DNA of 64,000 nt from positions 1 to 64,000 of the forward strand of contig CAVWCX010000034.1 in NCBI GenBank assembly GCA_963753595.1, in the 5' to 3' direction. Under the pieces are notes generated by a model. The model saw only the letters and a list, made by a program, of their open reading frames with translations. It was not told the DNA's origin and searched no databases. Positions 1-9,571 of this stretch are shown here, in pieces. The position numbers and the translations under genes are program-made. The DNA is from Candidatus Methanoperedenaceae archaeon. Lineage in GTDB: Archaea; Halobacteriota; Methanosarcinia; Methanosarcinales; Methanoperedenaceae. Each line of letters begins with the position of its first letter. Positions within the stretch are counted from its first letter, which is position 1.

Positions 1-701
1 TTACTTATTTCATTGATAAGACGGGTGAAAACACTTCCCCCGATATTAATATGTATCTTTGGATCGGCTTTTTTAATAAGATTTGCAAGTGTTAATCCCG
101 GTATTAACTGGCTTATATTTATTATTGAAATGCCTATTAATCCCGGGTTCCCTTCAAGTACTTCCGGAAGTGTATATTTTTCAAAATATTCAATGAAAAT
201 ATTTTCTTTCCTGTCGTTTATAGCCTCAAGAACGTCCAGACTTTTTCTGCATGAATGCCGCATATCATACGAATGAAAAGTAAGGTTTGAAGGATAATAA
301 GCAGATGATGCAAGTTTAAGGCCAAGTTCAAGGATCTTGAAGGCATTGAACAGTTTTTCTATATCATAGAAATCTTCTTTGCTCTTTATGATTTTTTTGG
401 CATCATCCACACTGTTAATGACATAATCCCCAAAAAGTATTGAACTGCCCAAAGCTGTATATTGTTTTTGAAGTTCAGGAGATAATTCATTTTTGGATTC
501 AAGTTCATGGAATTTTGTTTGCGCTTTTTCATAGTAAAACTGAAGCCCTTTTTTACTTAAAAGATGATCAAAAAAAGAAGCATTTATATCCATCTGGGAA
601 ACATCGCATTTATTGGCTTTTAAGAAAGCGGTTAATGAAGGGAGGCTCAAATAAGGCTGGGTTGGTATCCATTGCGGCGGGAAGAGTAGTTTTGTAAGCA
701 T
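1..701 (-). CDS. B12-binding domain radical SAM-type protein, N-terminal part (runs off the window; not in ORF track)
   Basis: Manual translation from ATG at 701: MLTKLLFPPQWIPTQPYLSLPSLTAFLK...AYYPSNLT...GLIGISIINISQLIPGLTLANLIKKADPKIHINIGGSVFTRL, typical of a cobalamin-binding Rossmann domain. Start, middle and end segments are in one frame; the CxxxCxxC motif would lie outside the window. Confidence 0.75.
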   Translation of the reverse strand, partial: MLTKLLFPPQWIPTQPYLSLPSLTAFLKANKCDVSQMDINASFFDHLLSKKGLQFYYEKAQTKFHELESKNELSPELQKQYTALGSSILFGDYVINSVDDAKKIIKSKEDFYDIEKLFNAFKILELGLKLASSAYYPSNLTFHSYDMRHSCRKSLDVLEAINDRKENIFIEYFEKYTLPEVLEGNPGLIGISIINISQLIPGLTLANLIKKADPKIHINIGGSVFTRLINEIS

Positions 702-840
702 GATATTTTAGGTGTGATTATGGATAAATAGGATAAAACAGTTTCGACGTTATCTTTTTTACGGGATTTTCCGGCATATTCATATTATTCACCACAAACT
801 TTATTTGATTTGATAATGATTTGATGTTAAGTGATCCCAA

Positions 841-1149
841 ATGAATGATAATGATACTAAAAATATTGGCGATGAATTTATTGAAGAAGATGAGAATTCA
901 AAAACTGAACATGAGAAAGCATTAGAAGGATTATATGATCTTGTTTTGCCGCCCGGAGTTCCATATAAACTCATCATGGAAGTAATGGATACATTCAATC
1001 TGGAAGTTACAACCCGGAAATGTGCAGTAAAGACTGTAGATATTGAGGATGATAATCTTCTTACATTACGAGGAGATCTCGATTCAGTAAATAATGCGCA
1101 TGATTATATATTTAAAAAAATGAGTGAAAAGTATAATTATAAAAGATAA
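841..1149 (+). CDS. Conserved hypothetical protein (acidic N-terminus)
   Basis: 102-aa ORF with own intergenic region; YDLVLPPGVP motif; T-rich terminator follows. Confidence 0.7.
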   Translation: MNDNDTKNIGDEFIEEDENSKTEHEKALEGLYDLVLPPGVPYKLIMEVMDTFNLEVTTRKCAVKTVDIEDDNLLTLRGDLDSVNNAHDYIFKKMSEKYNYKR

Positions 1150-1232
1150 TTTTTTTTTTGGTTTTTAAAAAAAATCGCATGTTTATTATTTGATAAAGAT
1201 CAGGGGGATTAAACCCCTATCCCTTTATAATC

Positions 1233-1490
1233 CTAAAACAGTCTCTCTTTACCAAGTGGCCTTGTGAATCCTGTTCCGCCGCAATTTGTGCATGGTATAC
1301 CCTGCATCAAAAAGCCTCTTCCCTTGCACCACTGGCATTTTCGGGTTGAGTCTACAACTTCTACTTCTCCTTTTCCACCACAGACAATACATGTTTTATT
1401 CTTATGTTTTCCAGTTCCGTCACAATACATGCATTTTACTACGCCTGGTACTTTGGGCGTTCTTTTTATTTCTCCTTTTGCTTCTGCCAT
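1233..1490 (-). CDS. Small DnaJ-type zinc-finger (CxxCxGxG repeat) protein
   Basis: Four CxxCxGxG repeats (CMYCDGTG, CIVCGGKG, CQWCKGRG, CTNCGGTG) and no J domain. Confidence 0.85.
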   Translation of the reverse strand: MAEAKGEIKRTPKVPGVVKCMYCDGTGKHKNKTCIVCGGKGEVEVVDSTRKCQWCKGRGFLMQGIPCTNCGGTGFTRPLGKERLF

Positions 1491-1556
1491 TTTAAATCAC
1501 ATCACCATAAATCTCAAACTATGTAATAAATATTTCCTTTTAATTCTCAGTATCCT

Positions 1557-1591
1557 AAAAAAAATAGAGAAAGTAGGCATTTAGCCTACTT
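1557..1591 (-). terminator. Terminator downstream of mcrA
   Basis: Perfect 8-bp stem AAGTAGGC/GCCTACTT followed by a T-tract on the minus strand. Confidence 0.7.
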
Positions 1592-1599
1592 AACATTGT

Positions 1600-3300
1600 T
1601 TACTTTGCTGGGATAACGAATGCTCTCTCACCGGCGCAGCGGTCCCACTCTCTGAGTGCTGCCTTGCCGAATGCTGCCCTTGGATCTGCGAAGTCAAAGT
1701 TGATCAATTCATCTGCGAAGCAGACTTTGACCAATGGATTGACGCAGAAGGCATCCTTGCCTGCGTGAGCTGCTGCTACTACTGAGGTGTATCCACCCTG
1801 GTGACCTACGTTCATTGCGTAGTTGGGGTAGTTTGCGCCTCTGCATTCGCCTATGCAGCCTTCATCTGAGGCAATTGAGAACACGTTGGTTGCGCCGCAC
1901 TGATCCTGCAGGTCATACCCGAAGAATCCAAGTCTGCCGTGTGCCTCTTTGTGGAGGTACATGGACAGATACCATGCGGAGAGACCGGCCTGGCTGTGGC
2001 CTGTTGCCAGAGCTGTTGCGCCGCCTGCTGCTATTGAACAGACTGTTGCGCGCTGTGAACCACCGAAATGGTCTTCCAGTGTGGTCGGGTATTTCTCATA
2101 TGCTTCAAGACTGTACAGTGTTGATTCTGTAGCGATGTCTTTTACGGTGTCGATTGTGGCTTTTGCCTTTCCGCGACCGCCGTATTTCTTTGATGCATAT
2201 TCGTCTGCCCAGTACAGGAAGTCATCGACGATATCATTGGTGTATGCTGGTGTTGCATACATTGTGAATCCGACGCCGCCTGACATGTAGCCACCGAGCC
2301 AGATCTGGTCATATAACATTGTGGCTGCGCTTGCAGTCTGCAATACTACATTGACTGGATCTTCTGGACCCTTTCTGTTTGTCTGGACGATATCTGCCAT
2401 ATGACCGAAGGATAATCCTCCTGGTTCATTTGGACCTCTTGCTCTGCGTGCTGGGATCATGTCACCCATTTCGACAAGTCCTGCGTGTTTGGCTGTGAAT
2501 GCAAGTTCTCCGACTGCTGCTTCACCGGCGCACATATGGTATGCGCTGATAAAGGTCATACCGACCTGCATTGCCATCCAGCGGCTTGTTCCTGGTCCAT
2601 CTTCAGTTCTTGTGACGATGGTTGGGATGTGTACTGCCTGCCAGGAGGTCTTGCCTACTGCTGCCTTGATCTGTTTTGCCTGGTTTGCAGGGAATTCGTT
2701 GTCAATGTTGATAACGAACTGTTTATCTACTTCATCCTGAAGGGTTTCATCACCTGTGAATATTTTCACATAGCAGTCATCTACTAATGCCGGGTGGGTT
2801 TCGACCATGTGTTCCTGGACGATTGCTGCGCCAGGCATTGCGTGGTTCAAAACTTCAAGGTAGTAGTTGATTGTCTCAGGTGTAACTTCCTTGCCTAATC
2901 TCTTTTCAAGAACTTCATGTGCAAGGTCAAGACCTACAACGCATGATCTCCTGATGTCGTCCCATTCCTGCTGCATTGCTGCATTGTTGACGAAGTGAAG
3001 GTCGTCACCATCGCATACGATATCTGTTCCAGATATTGTGTATGGGGTCAACTGTCTCTGACCCATGGGGATACCTGCTAAGTGCAACTTGGGATCATAA
3101 GCCTGCAATCCTCTCTTCTTTGTGATTGCTGCTCCGCACTTTGCCATCTCTACCTTTCTTGGATTCTGCTGGTAGCCAAGTCTGAGGTATTTGGTCTTCT
3201 TATCTGTTATCTTATTCTTCGCAGAAGAACCGCATTTGTTTGATCCCCATTCTTTTGCGTACTTTGTCTCCATTGATTTCTTAAATCTTGGTTCTGCCAT
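1600..3300 (-). CDS. mcrA: Methyl-coenzyme M reductase alpha subunit
   Basis: [57 protein letters not shown] motifs. Confidence 0.99.
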   Translation of the reverse strand: MAEPRFKKSMETKYAKEWGSNKCGSSAKNKITDKKTKYLRLGYQQNPRKVEMAKCGAAITKKRGLQAYDPKLHLAGIPMGQRQLTPYTISGTDIVCDGDDLHFVNNAAMQQEWDDIRRSCVVGLDLAHEVLEKRLGKEVTPETINYYLEVLNHAMPGAAIVQEHMVETHPALVDDCYVKIFTGDETLQDEVDKQFVINIDNEFPANQAKQIKAAVGKTSWQAVHIPTIVTRTEDGPGTSRWMAMQVGMTFISAYHMCAGEAAVGELAFTAKHAGLVEMGDMIPARRARGPNEPGGLSFGHMADIVQTNRKGPEDPVNVVLQTASAATMLYDQIWLGGYMSGGVGFTMYATPAYTNDIVDDFLYWADEYASKKYGGRGKAKATIDTVKDIATESTLYSLEAYEKYPTTLEDHFGGSQRATVCSIAAGGATALATGHSQAGLSAWYLSMYLHKEAHGRLGFFGYDLQDQCGATNVFSIASDEGCIGECRGANYPNYAMNVGHQGGYTSVVAAAHAGKDAFCVNPLVKVCFADELINFDFADPRAAFGKAALREWDRCAGERAFVIPAK

Positions 3301-3310
3301 TTAGCTCACC

Positions 3311-4060
3311 TCACGCCTTTGGGACGAACCCGTATTTGGTTCTTAATTCCCAGACTCTCTGAACATGTTCAATAACTTCTTTATCGCTTCTGAATGCAAC
3401 ATTGTCCACTCTATAGATGGTGGTTCTCTTTGCTGCTTCTGCTTCGCTCATTGGTTTTCCAAGGTTGACTTTTCTGTCAATTGGTACGCCGACCTGATCC
3501 TTGTCACTTACAATGACGCCGCCTTCCAGTCTGCGCCTGTCCAACATATCGAACATTACGCCATCTTCCTGTAATCTGAGGGAGTGTCCGTGAACAGTAC
3601 AGCCTCTCATGCCTGCAAGACCCCAGTCGGTGATCTCGGTTTCAGACTGTCTCTTTGCGTACTCTTCCATATCTCTCTCTCTCATTTCATTGACCTGTCT
3701 GCCAGATAATGTACCTGGGTCGACGCCTCTGAAATTGATTGCTGCATGGTACGATCTCCAGTATGGAACTGCTGGGCCGTTATACATTGAGTCAGCGAAC
3801 TGTACATATCTCATTCTGTCGCCGGCTGCTGCGCCTGGTGTTGGTTCAACGACTTCTCTTACCGGGCATGCTGGTTCACCAATCTCTGAGAGTGGTGGAT
3901 GTGTGCTCGGGTAATCTGAACCTGGTGCCCTATGACCGAGTAATGCTGTTAAATCTTCATCAGAGATATCACGCATTTTCTCTACGTCATCTGACATGTG
4001 TTTTCTTCTATTCTTAGCAACTGAGGTGCTGCCAGGATAATATTGTGGTTTGTATGCCAT
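3311..4060 (-). CDS. mcrG: Methyl-coenzyme M reductase gamma subunit
   Basis: LGHRAPG, FRGVDPGTLSGRQ, RGCTVHGHSLRL motifs. Confidence 0.99.
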   Translation of the reverse strand: MAYKPQYYPGSTSVAKNRRKHMSDDVEKMRDISDEDLTALLGHRAPGSDYPSTHPPLSEIGEPACPVREVVEPTPGAAAGDRMRYVQFADSMYNGPAVPYWRSYHAAINFRGVDPGTLSGRQVNEMRERDMEEYAKRQSETEITDWGLAGMRGCTVHGHSLRLQEDGVMFDMLDRRRLEGGVIVSDKDQVGVPIDRKVNLGKPMSEAEAAKRTTIYRVDNVAFRSDKEVIEHVQRVWELRTKYGFVPKA

Positions 4061-4115
4061 ATTTTTTCCTCCTAATTGGTTTGAATCGGTCTTCTCTGCT
4101 CCTGGAATAAACTAA

Positions 4116-4637
4116 TCATTTCTCTTCCTCTGGATTAATAACACAGAGGTTATTTGCCGCTTTTGCATGCGGGTCTATCAGGCCGAGTATTCGTTCGTCT
4201 TCAAGATTGATACTTTCATCAGTCTTGCTCTTGAATCCATACTTACCGTAATCAGTCAAAGTAGCTTTCTTCTTTATGAAGAAACCCTGTTTGAATTCAA
4301 AGGAAAACGGCAGCGTTCGCTCGCACGCATTTCTTAGTTCTTCCTTTGTGCTTTCATCTTCTAATTCGACTATTACCTCGCCTACCATGACATGCAATTC
4401 GAATGCACAATCTCCGACATGGATTATTTCCATATTCGGGTGGTTGACATCTGTTCCGGTTCCAGGTCCACATGTGACCTTCCGGGGCAGATTTTTTCCA
4501 CCGATCAGCATTCTTATTACGCCATTGACGTGATCGATCTCATTTAAGAGCCTTTCAGCAGTCGCTGGTTGTAATAATCTTTGCGGAAATATTTTGATCT
4601 GGATTGGTTTACCCGTGACTGAAGCAGTTTTTACCAT
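4116..4637 (-). CDS. mcrD: Methyl-coenzyme M reductase operon protein D
   Basis: IKIFPQRLL...TAERLLN, GPGTGTDVNHP, TLTDYGKYG; lies between mcrB and mcrG. Confidence 0.95.
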   Translation of the reverse strand: MVKTASVTGKPIQIKIFPQRLLQPATAERLLNEIDHVNGVIRMLIGGKNLPRKVTCGPGTGTDVNHPNMEIIHVGDCAFELHVMVGEVIVELEDESTKEELRNACERTLPFSFEFKQGFFIKKKATLTDYGKYGFKSKTDESINLEDERILGLIDPHAKAANNLCVINPEEEK

Positions 4638-4651
4638 TCAATTCTCCGAAT

Positions 4652-5956
4652 TTATACGGCTCCTGCTACTGCCTTGATTGGCTCTCTGAATTCGTCTACC
4701 GCGCTGAAGACATCTCCTACTAATCCTGAGGTCTTCTCTGGGCTGTATACCTGTACACCTGCGTCAAGAGCAACTGCTGCTGCTACGCATGGTACTGCGA
4801 GACCCTTTGAGTGTCTGGTAACTACGTGGTTGCCGTTGAAGACTCCTGGTCCACCGCCACCATAGATGGAGTGTGAGAAGAAGGAGAATCCGACTGCTGC
4901 GCCCTGTACTTTACCGAAGTCACAACCTGGGAGTGAGGTCTCTTTCTCAATGAGATCCTGGAAGTAGAGCAATACTGAAGATACTGCCTGTGGTGCTCTC
5001 TGAGCGCCGCAGTTAACGAGTGTTGCTGCGAGTGTGCCTGCTGCACAGTATGCATTCCACTTTCCGACATCATTGGTCTTATAGGTTGTATAGCCAGATG
5101 CGAATTTCTTATCTGCGCTGATTACTTTATCTGCAATTGCCTTCTCGACACATGCATGGACAACTGTTCCGATTGTACCGGTCTTGCCCTGGGCTTTTAC
5201 TGTTCCATACACCATGTTGTTGGCGTTTAAGCCCTGGTGTGAGAATGCCAGTAATCTGTGTCTTGTCTGGTTGCCGATTCCGTCACCCATTTCGAATACA
5301 CCTGTATTCTCAAGGATTGAGCACAGTGCTGCTGTGTTCATTGCGTTCTTCTTGCATACTGCTGCAAGATGGTTTGCCATGACGTTTCTTAAAGTGTAGC
5401 CAAATCCTTCATCTTTCTGTGGGATTTCGACGATTGACTTTACGTTTCCGCCTACCATATCAAGTGTCTGTGGGTACTGTCCCCAGACTGCGGACTTGAT
5501 GGTTGGGGCATCGAACATACCAATATTGAACTGGTTGATGATTGCCTGTGTTACTGCTGATGCTGTGCAGGTTAATGATGATACATATTCTGCTGCAACA
5601 TCTATTCTTACAGATGGAACCTGTACGATTAACTGTTTTCCACCGTTTAATGCCTTTACAACGGTGTCATCTCCGCTGTCAACGCTAACCATTTCAGTTA
5701 CTGCTTTCTGGATAGCGGATGCATTCTTTACGATGTCTAATTTCATTTCTCTGCCTGGGATCTTTCTGCCTTTGCCACCGATTGCGGATGTTGCTAAGGT
5801 TTTCTCGATTCCTGCTAAGTCAACGGCTGCTGTTCGCTTTATACCGGTGACTATTGATTTGATAGCGGCATTTCTCATTGGGCTTATGTCGTTGATGTCG
5901 ACGCCTGATTTGAGTTTTGCTCCTCTGTCGCTATATAGGTCTATTGTGTCAGCCAC
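4652..5956 (-). CDS. mcrB: Methyl-coenzyme M reductase beta subunit
   Basis: GFSFFSHSIYGGGGPGVFNGNHVVTRHSKG; GTG start after GGAGGT RBS. Confidence 0.99.
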   Translation of the reverse strand: MADTIDLYSDRGAKLKSGVDINDISPMRNAAIKSIVTGIKRTAAVDLAGIEKTLATSAIGGKGRKIPGREMKLDIVKNASAIQKAVTEMVSVDSGDDTVVKALNGGKQLIVQVPSVRIDVAAEYVSSLTCTASAVTQAIINQFNIGMFDAPTIKSAVWGQYPQTLDMVGGNVKSIVEIPQKDEGFGYTLRNVMANHLAAVCKKNAMNTAALCSILENTGVFEMGDGIGNQTRHRLLAFSHQGLNANNMVYGTVKAQGKTGTIGTVVHACVEKAIADKVISADKKFASGYTTYKTNDVGKWNAYCAAGTLAATLVNCGAQRAPQAVSSVLLYFQDLIEKETSLPGCDFGKVQGAAVGFSFFSHSIYGGGGPGVFNGNHVVTRHSKGLAVPCVAAAVALDAGVQVYSPEKTSGLVGDVFSAVDEFREPIKAVAGAV

Positions 5957-6149
5957 GTTTATTTACCTCCTAATTTTTGTTTATTTCCAAGAAATTGCTC
6001 ACTTGGAAGCGATACAACAAACGAGCGACTGCAACATGATAGAGTATAGAACCCAAAATAAGTCAATTATGTTCTATTCATCCCGACCATGTTGTGTTTT
6101 ATTGTATCGAACAACCATTACAATCCCTTGCGACACCTACCAATTCCCC

Positions 6150-6206
6150 TAAAGTACTTAAAGTTTACGAATCAATCATGATAAAACATGATAAAACATT
6201 ATAAAA
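6150..6206 (-). promoter_or_regulatory. Putative mcr operon promoter with upstream 10-bp tandem repeats
   Basis: TATA-like TTTAAGTA (6155-6162, minus strand) preceded by AAAC; three CATGATAAAA-like units at 6177-6206. Confidence 0.5.
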
Positions 6207-6268
6207 TAAATGACGGCGTTGCTTCATGCTTATACAATATATTCCAGACGATTTGTCTATATATATTC

Positions 6269-6580
6269 TTATCCGCCGCTCTCCAGACTCCCATCACCCA
6301 TTTCAGCTAGCTTGGAGGCTTCTTCCTGTTTTTCCAGGACTTTATTGATCTCTTCGCGGGAAAATATTTTCTCCCCGAGTTCTTTATCTTTTACTATTGT
6401 TATTTTTCTTAGAACTTCTGTTTTATAGTAAAGATCGGTCTTATCGATGAGCGCCCACGTACCTTCATCATCTGAAATGATTTCAGTGACATTACCTTTT
6501 GTCCCTGTGTTCACGTATTCTACAAAATTCCCAATCTGTAAAGGATTTCCAGACATATCTGTCGCCTTTATCTCGCTCAT
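6269..6580 (-). CDS. DUF2098-family methanogen-conserved protein
   Basis: VEYVNTGTKGNV...WALID.TDLYY, C-terminal GG; usual position between mcrB and mmp10. Confidence 0.85.
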   Translation of the reverse strand: MSEIKATDMSGNPLQIGNFVEYVNTGTKGNVTEIISDDEGTWALIDKTDLYYKTEVLRKITIVKDKELGEKIFSREEINKVLEKQEEASKLAEMGDGSLESGG

Positions 6581-6662
6581 CTGGCCTCTTTATGTCATTT
6601 ATTGTTATTAATCATTGCGGTTAGCAATAAGTTTAAATGACCTTCTGACATTTCGGGAAGAC

Positions 6663-7898
6663 ATGGAAATTCTTGCTGACATCGGAGGGCGTCCCGGGCT
6701 TGACTGCCGGGGTTTTTGTAGATATTGCTATTTTAAAGGTGTGACCGAAATCCCCGCATTTGGCTGCAAACATTGCATGCCCTTCCAGAAAGGGTGCAAT
6801 TACTGCACAAAAAGTGTCAAGGAAGGATATTCAAGTTTCAAATCCATGCCAATGGTCGCACAGGAAGTCAAACAATCCGTTTTTTTCAATAAGAATGAGA
6901 ATGTAACAAAATTCAATGTAAGCGGAGGGGGGGATGTGAGCTGTTATCCTGAGCTTAAAGCCCTTATCAAATTCCTCTGGGAATATAAGAAGCCAATACA
7001 TCTTGGATACACAAGCGGAAAAGGCATGAATAAGGATGATGCAATGTTCTTCATAGAACATGGTGTAAATGAAGTCACTTTTACGGTTTTCGCAACAGAC
7101 CCGGAACTGCGGCGAAAATACATGAATGATAAGACACCTGAAGATTCACTTTCCGCCCTTCGCATTCTTGCAGAAAAGTGCGATGTTTATGCAGCAACTG
7201 TACTTATTCCGGGAGTAAATGACGGGGATGTCCTCCTGAAAACCTGCGCGGATCTTGAAGAAATGGGCGCAAAAGGCCTCATACTTATGCGGTTTGCAAA
7301 TGAAAATGAACAGGGACTGATCCTTAATAATTCCCCTGTATTGGAAGGAGTCACTCCCCACACCATCCTCGAGTTCAAAGCGATCGTTGACGATATTAAC
7401 AGCAAATTCGATTTCAGGGTGACCGGCACCCCCCTTTATGATCCTGAAACAGGGTCGCCATTTGCCATACGCAATGTTCCTGAAGCGCTGTCAAATTTAC
7501 CTGCGATAACAAAAGAAGCAACCATCATAACAAGCGCGATCGCAGCCCCTTTATTAAGTGAGATCTTCAATAAACTTGGCGGTTCTGTGAACATAATTCC
7601 CGTGAAAAAAGATATTGGCTGCCTGATCACTATTGATGACATAAAAGCATTGGACTTATCACAAATAAAAGAAACAGTACTTTTCCCGGGCAGGGCATTT
7701 GTTCATGATCCTGAGATCAAGAAAATACTGAGCATGGATGGAAAAGACAGGTTAGTAAGAAGAGGGCCGGATATGCTGACAGTTGATGGTGAGATGAGCA
7801 TTTCAATGACAAAAGAAGAAGTAATTTCAAAGGAAATAGAAGCTTTCACCGAACTTATCCAGTCGATAAATGTTCTTGGGACAAAACCAAAAGTGTAG
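6663..7898 (+). CDS. mmp10: MCR arginine C-methyltransferase (methanogenesis marker protein 10)
   Basis: [20 protein letters not shown] radical SAM motif, CKHC...CNYC iron loop, [14 protein letters not shown]; start moved to ATG 6663. Confidence 0.97.
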   Translation: MEILADIGGRPGLDCRGFCRYCYFKGVTEIPAFGCKHCMPFQKGCNYCTKSVKEGYSSFKSMPMVAQEVKQSVFFNKNENVTKFNVSGGGDVSCYPELKALIKFLWEYKKPIHLGYTSGKGMNKDDAMFFIEHGVNEVTFTVFATDPELRRKYMNDKTPEDSLSALRILAEKCDVYAATVLIPGVNDGDVLLKTCADLEEMGAKGLILMRFANENEQGLILNNSPVLEGVTPHTILEFKAIVDDINSKFDFRVTGTPLYDPETGSPFAIRNVPEALSNLPAITKEATIITSAIAAPLLSEIFNKLGGSVNIIPVKKDIGCLITIDDIKALDLSQIKETVLFPGRAFVHDPEIKKILSMDGKDRLVRRGPDMLTVDGEMSISMTKEEVISKEIEAFTELIQSINVLGTKPKV

Positions 7899-8010
7899 AT
7901 ATATTTTACATTTCCCAGATGATCGAAATAAATTTGGCATTTAAAAATAATTAAGCAGCGGCGTATTAATTAAAAATTGCATGGCATAAAAAAGGCACAT
8001 AATCATTTTT

Positions 8011-8036
8011 GACAGGATTTACAGAATCGACAGGAT
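8011..8036. repeat. Half copy of GACAGGATT 9-bp-periodic repeat
   Basis: GACAGGATTTACAGAATCGACAGGAT, same unit as 8867-8933. Confidence 0.6.
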
Positions 8037-8237
8037 TCGAACCGCAGCTTTCATGAAATCCGCCGCGCTTCCTCCATGTCCTCAAAGCCGCCCCATGGTC
8101 ACGTCCGCTGTGACGCGCCGGGGCTTGACCTCATGAAGAGAATGTGGTACTGAATCCGAGGGAAGAAAAATTTTTGGAATTAGTGTAATACCAGCCTTCG
8201 AAAAATAGATATGATATCAAAATGATATAATATTATA

Positions 8238-8477
8238 ATGACAGAAACTCAGGTAATTTTCAGGCTTGAAAAAAGATTGCTTAAAGAGTTTGACGAAACT
8301 CTGAAAATGTCTGGATTTAAGACAAGGAATGAATGGTTCCGTGCATCAATAAGGGCATTCCTTGAAGATGTTGAAAGGAAAAAAGTTCTAAGGAAATTAA
8401 GGAAACTTGAAGTAAAGGGATTAGAAGAAACAGATATTAAAGAGATGGTAAATGGATGGCGGTCAGAGAAAAAATAA
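8238..8477 (+). CDS. Ribbon-helix-helix (CopG-like) antitoxin
   Basis: VIFRLEKRLLKEFD...GFKTRNEWFRASIRAFL; directly upstream of a PIN remnant. Confidence 0.8.
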   Translation: MTETQVIFRLEKRLLKEFDETLKMSGFKTRNEWFRASIRAFLEDVERKKVLRKLRKLEVKGLEETDIKEMVNGWRSEKK

Positions 8478-8579
8478 ATGATAATTATTGATACGAATGT
8501 CCTGCTGTCATTTCTTCTCACAAGCTGCCCCGACCGCTGTTATGCGCCCGGATGGGGTCGATGGGCGCCGAGTATCTAA
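8478..8579 (+). pseudogene. Truncated PIN-domain (VapC-like) toxin
   Basis: ATG adjacent to antitoxin stop; MIIIDTNVLLSFLL is the canonical PIN start; sequence switches to GC-rich DNA after about 15 codons and stops at codon 34. Confidence 0.7.
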
Positions 8580-8683
8580 ATAAGCCTCAGCTTTGCAAAC
8601 TTGCGGTGTAAGGCGTCCGTATTTATCACTTTATAAATATTAAACTCACGACGCCGAATAACTGCTATAAATCGAAATTAATA

Positions 8684-8753
8684 AACCACAGAGTCCTCAG
8701 AGTACACAGAGAAGAAACCACAATTCTCTGTGCTCTCCGTGTCCTCTGTGGTT
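8684..8753. repeat. Imperfect palindrome built from 9-bp CACAGAG units
   Basis: AACCACAGAGTCCTCAGAGTACACAGAGAA...TTCTCTGTGCTCTCCGTGTCCTCTGTGGTT. Confidence 0.8.
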
Positions 8754-8866
8754 GATTCTCCTTACACGGGCGCCGGATATTTATGACAATTTAAATATTA
8801 ATTTCTTGGCGCAATAGGTTCCCGATGCAGCCAACATGGATCAAAACCAGAGAAAGAGCTCATCTC

Positions 8867-8933
8867 GACAGGATTACAGGATCGACAGGATACGATTTAG
8901 ATAGTTAATCCTGTACATCCTGTCGATCCTGTC
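8867..8933. repeat. Imperfect palindrome built from GACAGGAT units
   Basis: GACAGGATTACAGGATCGACAGGAT...ATCCTGTACATCCTGTCGATCCTGTC. Confidence 0.8.
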
Positions 8934-8943
8934 CAAATTTCCA

Positions 8944-9384
8944 CTAATTTTTTTCTTCAGGTATCCCGCAAACTTCACATTTTTCAGCCGCACTCTCTTT
9001 TTCCGAATCGATCGCGCGTGTCCCTTCAGCAAGGACTGATGCATTGGATAATGTCCCCGCGATCAATACAGCATCAAATATCTCTTCTTTTGTCACTCCC
9101 AACCGCTGCGCAACCCGAATATGCATTTTCAGGCAATGGTCACATCTCAAAGCTGCCGAAACCCCTATGGATATAAGCTCTATTGTTTTTGCATCCAGCC
9201 GTTTAAATTCCCGGATTATCGCATTATCATAAAGCACCTTTGTGACAAGTAACTCCGGGGATTGCCTCATAAAATTTAGGATATAAGGTACCTCACCGTA
9301 TGCTTTTTCAACCTCTTTCAATAATTCTTCAGCTGCTTCTTTTGGTTCCTTATTAAGGATCTTGTCGATTTTTTTAAGTTCCAT
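8944..9384 (-). CDS. Carboxymuconolactone decarboxylase / AhpD-like protein
   Basis: LDAKTIELISIGVSAALRCDHCLKMH...GVTKEEI. Confidence 0.9.
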   Translation of the reverse strand: MELKKIDKILNKEPKEAAEELLKEVEKAYGEVPYILNFMRQSPELLVTKVLYDNAIIREFKRLDAKTIELISIGVSAALRCDHCLKMHIRVAQRLGVTKEEIFDAVLIAGTLSNASVLAEGTRAIDSEKESAAEKCEVCGIPEEKN

Positions 9385-9571
9385 GGGGCTCTAATAAAAC
9401 GATTTAAATCCTAAAGTAAATAAACATATGCATTTGAAATGACGGTTGTAATTTGAGTCTTGCCAAGGTGCAACACTTCAATGCTCGCCATATATGGAAC
9501 CGTTCATTTCAAATATCTTGTTGAAAATTAAGAATAATAGGTTGATATATTTATACAGGCCTCGTACTTAA

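Noticed and set aside
13-697. Plus-strand ORFs 13-276 and 440-697
   Set aside because: Antisense to the B12-binding domain gene
5496-6152. Long antisense ORFs over mcrB, copA (22066-23418) and the ABC permease (40174-41103)
   Set aside because: Shadow frames of strongly conserved genes with no recognisable motifs
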